From Octopus sinensis (taxonomy: Eukaryota), in NCBI RefSeq assembly GCF_006345805.1, contig NC_042998.1, forward strand, positions 59,148,001-59,212,000: DNA of 64,000 nt, given 5' to 3'. The position numbers and the translations under genes were made by a program. The notes below the pieces were generated by a model. The model was given only the letters and a program-made list of their open reading frames with translations. It did not search any database and was not told the origin of the DNA. Positions 61,058-64,000 of this stretch are shown here, piece by piece. The stretch's first letter is position 1. Each line of letters starts with the position of its first letter.

Positions 61058-63135
61058 CACACATATATACATATATATACATATATATATATGGTACTTA
61101 AATAATCTAATGTCATCTCAATTACACATCCGCACAATATCAAAAGAACAAGTAAATACTCATATCTGTCGATATATATATATATATATCTACTACAAAT
61201 AGAAAATATATAAATAACACATAACGAATGAAAAATAATAGTCACGTAGAAATCTTTGAGATGATTACAGCTCTCGAAGAATGTCTCGAAGGAAATTTCA
61301 GAAAGATAAATTATTAAAATTATCAGGGAATATGGATTCGTGGCGAAGAGGAGAGGTCGTGAAAGAGTGCATCTGGTTGGCATGCCAGTTCAGAGGAACC
61401 GTGATTAGTAAAATAACTGTATAAAAGCGATAGATGCAACTAATTGCAATATTAAAAAAAATTTTATAATGCATCGAATAAATTATACAGTGTTTTCGCT
61501 TTTGTTTTTAAATGTGATTTTATTAGAGGAAGAAGAACCAGGCTGATGATCAATTCTCGGGACTCCATGATTATATTGAGCGAAGGAAGAACTTGTTCTC
61601 AGACCAAAGTCCTGTACTTAAACGGAAATTTTTCATGCAAAAAGTTAGTCTTAACTCTAATACTTGCGTCTCTACCGAAAGTACTCACAGAGAAAGTGGT
61701 GTATTCGAATCTCGCAACAGTTTATGTTTAATAACTAGATGTAAGAGGATCTTATTGACATGTTTCCACACAGTTTCAGTCTTCTAAATTTCTCGCAAAA
61801 ATTTGGCTGCTCAGTGATTACTGTAGTAGATACTAGGGTGTGGGATTGAACCTGAATTCACGTAGTTGCTGCGACTTGCCTTTGTATGTAGCTGCACCAT
61901 TATTGATCCAGATAAGTCAATGTGAGAAAATTATCTATAACACTGTTCGATGGGGGTACATGTGTTTCTTTGATGTTAGTTATAATCGAACCTTGAAATT
62001 TTGAAATGGTTCAGATTTCTTTGCTCTCGTCAGAGGAAAGTTTCTGTATACAGCAGTTGCGCTTACGTTGTCATAAGTATTAGGTTACCTATGGATGTAG
62101 TTGTCTACGAAAAGATAACTGCTGTTATCTGCATATGATGAGTTTGTTTAGAAATGATAGCAAAATTATCAATATACAAAAGGAAGAATATGAATCCCGT
62201 TGCTGAACATTAGACAGCATTATAATTGATAGGCTGCGGGTCAGATAGATACGCTTTAATTCCAGCAGAGGAGAGAAAAATATAAGTGCGAAGTAAACAA
62301 AAATGAATTTAAATTATAATTTAACTCGTCGACAACAAAAATAGCATCACTGCTAAAGTGGCAGAATGAAAACTCATTAGAATAAAATTTAACTGATTAA
62401 GAACACTTGAAATGAATGATTGAATGAATCATATTAGAAAGCTAATTTATTCACAATCATTTAATGACGTGCATGGACAAAGATTATATATATTGCCATA
62501 GGCTTTGGTAATATCACTTCTAACATTCCTTTTACGGTAGCTTCCTCAAGAAACAGACCATAATTATTCATTCTAAACGCAATTATACAGGAATCATTCT
62601 GATTGTGACTGGGGCTGAAGTGGCTGATAGGAATTAAAAAACGAAATAAGTGATTATATCAGACCCAAATTAATGCGATAAGCATGGCTACGGTTTTTGC
62701 TTTTCTGCAATTCGAGCACACATTCGTCTATGATAGCTGAATAAAGAAACCAAAGAAATGATAAGAGAAAACAATAGAGAAATGCGGGCATGTAATGGAA
62801 GAGGGGCTTTAGAGATCAGTTACCTGTTACCTAGTCCGTCGGGTGTGATCATAAAAATGTTTGCACTATGTGATGATATTCATCTGGAAGAATACTGAAG
62901 CAGAGTAGAGGAGGTACAAGAGGAAATTTGCATGTGGACCTATAGACAGACACTCAACCAGGCAGAAGTAGCAGAATATTGCCAGCAATGTAGCCCATGT
63001 AGGTTCCGAAGGGGACTGCTTTGAAGGAGATTAAATGCGAAATTGGTACGTGTAATAGTTTTGTTTTTATAGCACCAGTCCTGATACTTATTAATCTGAC
63101 TTAGTATGGTCATATGAGCGCGCGTGAGTGCATGC

Positions 63136-63203
<68 letters not shown>

Positions 63204-63220
63204 TAATCAGCCCAGGAATA

Positions 63221-63265
63221 CTGATGATGATCTTAAGAAACATGTAACTTGCAGAAACGCGCGTA
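63221..63265 (+). ncRNA. Hammerhead-like motif with intact core and decayed stems
   Basis: CTGATGA ...(26 nt)... GAAA cgcgcgt A. 8 nt palindrome ACGCGCGT and GUA triplet. Lies 20 nt after a long (TA)n. Confidence 0.5.
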
Positions 63266-63347
63266 GCGATGCATTAAAATATTTATAAATGCCATCTAAG
63301 GATGATTATTGTTATTAGTAATAACATTACTATATTTCTATATTTAT

Positions 63348-63482
63348 AAGGCGCAGGCTTGGCTGTCTGGTTAGAAGCTTGGTTCTCAACCACATGGTTC
63401 TGAGTTAGGTCCCACTGCGTAGCACCTTGGGCGACGGGCCGACCAGAGACTTGTGGGTGATATGGTGGAGGAAACTAAATCA
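63348..63482 (+). mobile_element. CORE-SINE head followed by (TA)n(TG)n
   Basis: aaggcgcaggcttggctgtctggttagaagcttg...aaccacatggttctgagttaggtcccactgcgtagcaccttgggc. Confidence 0.8.
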
Positions 63483-63489
63483 AGCCCAT

Positions 63490-63536
<47 letters not shown>

Positions 63537-63771
63537 ATGTGTGTGTTTGTGTGTATGTGCGCGTGTGTGTGCGCGTGTGTGTGCGTGTGTGTATGTGCGT
63601 GTATATGTGTGTGGTGTGTGTGTACATGTGTGAGTGTGTGTGTGTGTGTGTGGTGTATATATATATATATATATACATATATACTTATATTACACACACA
63701 TATATATAAATATATATACATATATACATATGTACGTATATATGTATTTATATACATACATACATATATAT

Positions 63772-63828
<57 letters not shown>

Positions 63829-64000
63829 CATATATTATATACACACAAAAAAGCCTTATGAGCTGTCGTACTTGCCAGTACAATTCGTGCCTATTTTTAA
63901 AATGTAGATTACAATACTTTATACAGAGGCGCATCTCGCCCTGACATACACACTCAAACGTGTTAATGTAATTTTATGTGAAATTTTGTATAAAAAAAGA

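Noticed and set aside
61400-63140. Possible host exons in unique AT-rich stretches (also 11000-11900, 30500-31200, 38000-39300, 52700-53900)
   Set aside because: No recognisable protein motif or consistent splice pattern by eye. Small exons cannot be excluded without RNA-seq.

Overview
AT-rich, microsatellite-dense animal genomic DNA. The mix of RTE, R4/Dong, Penelope-like (PLE), mariner and tRNA-SINE repeats with (TA)n/(TG)n/(TAA)n tracts suggests a coleoid cephalopod such as Octopus; this is an inference, not checked by search. I recognised no host gene, rRNA, true tRNA or CRISPR array, and most short ORFs in the track are microsatellite artefacts. Main contents: an uninterrupted, GC-rich RTE-clade LINE 3' half (1-1810); decayed mariner, maT, MULE and Helitron-like pieces; six R4/Dong fragments, most next to (TAA)n; several SINE families; and many PLE traces. 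The most notable signal is a PLE fold-back and hammerhead system. It includes a ~4.4 kb head-to-head PLE palindrome (56353-60775) whose arms share one in-frame TAG and each carry a minimal hammerhead-like motif with a compensatory U3-A8 core. Four smaller (TA)n-bounded fold-backs have the same asymmetric layout, and further hammerhead-like motifs occur elsewhere. A second signal is an ORF1-only (HAL1-like) LINE derivative whose 3' end matches the tail of one SINE subfamily. Coordinates of decayed elements were read by eye and are approximate.
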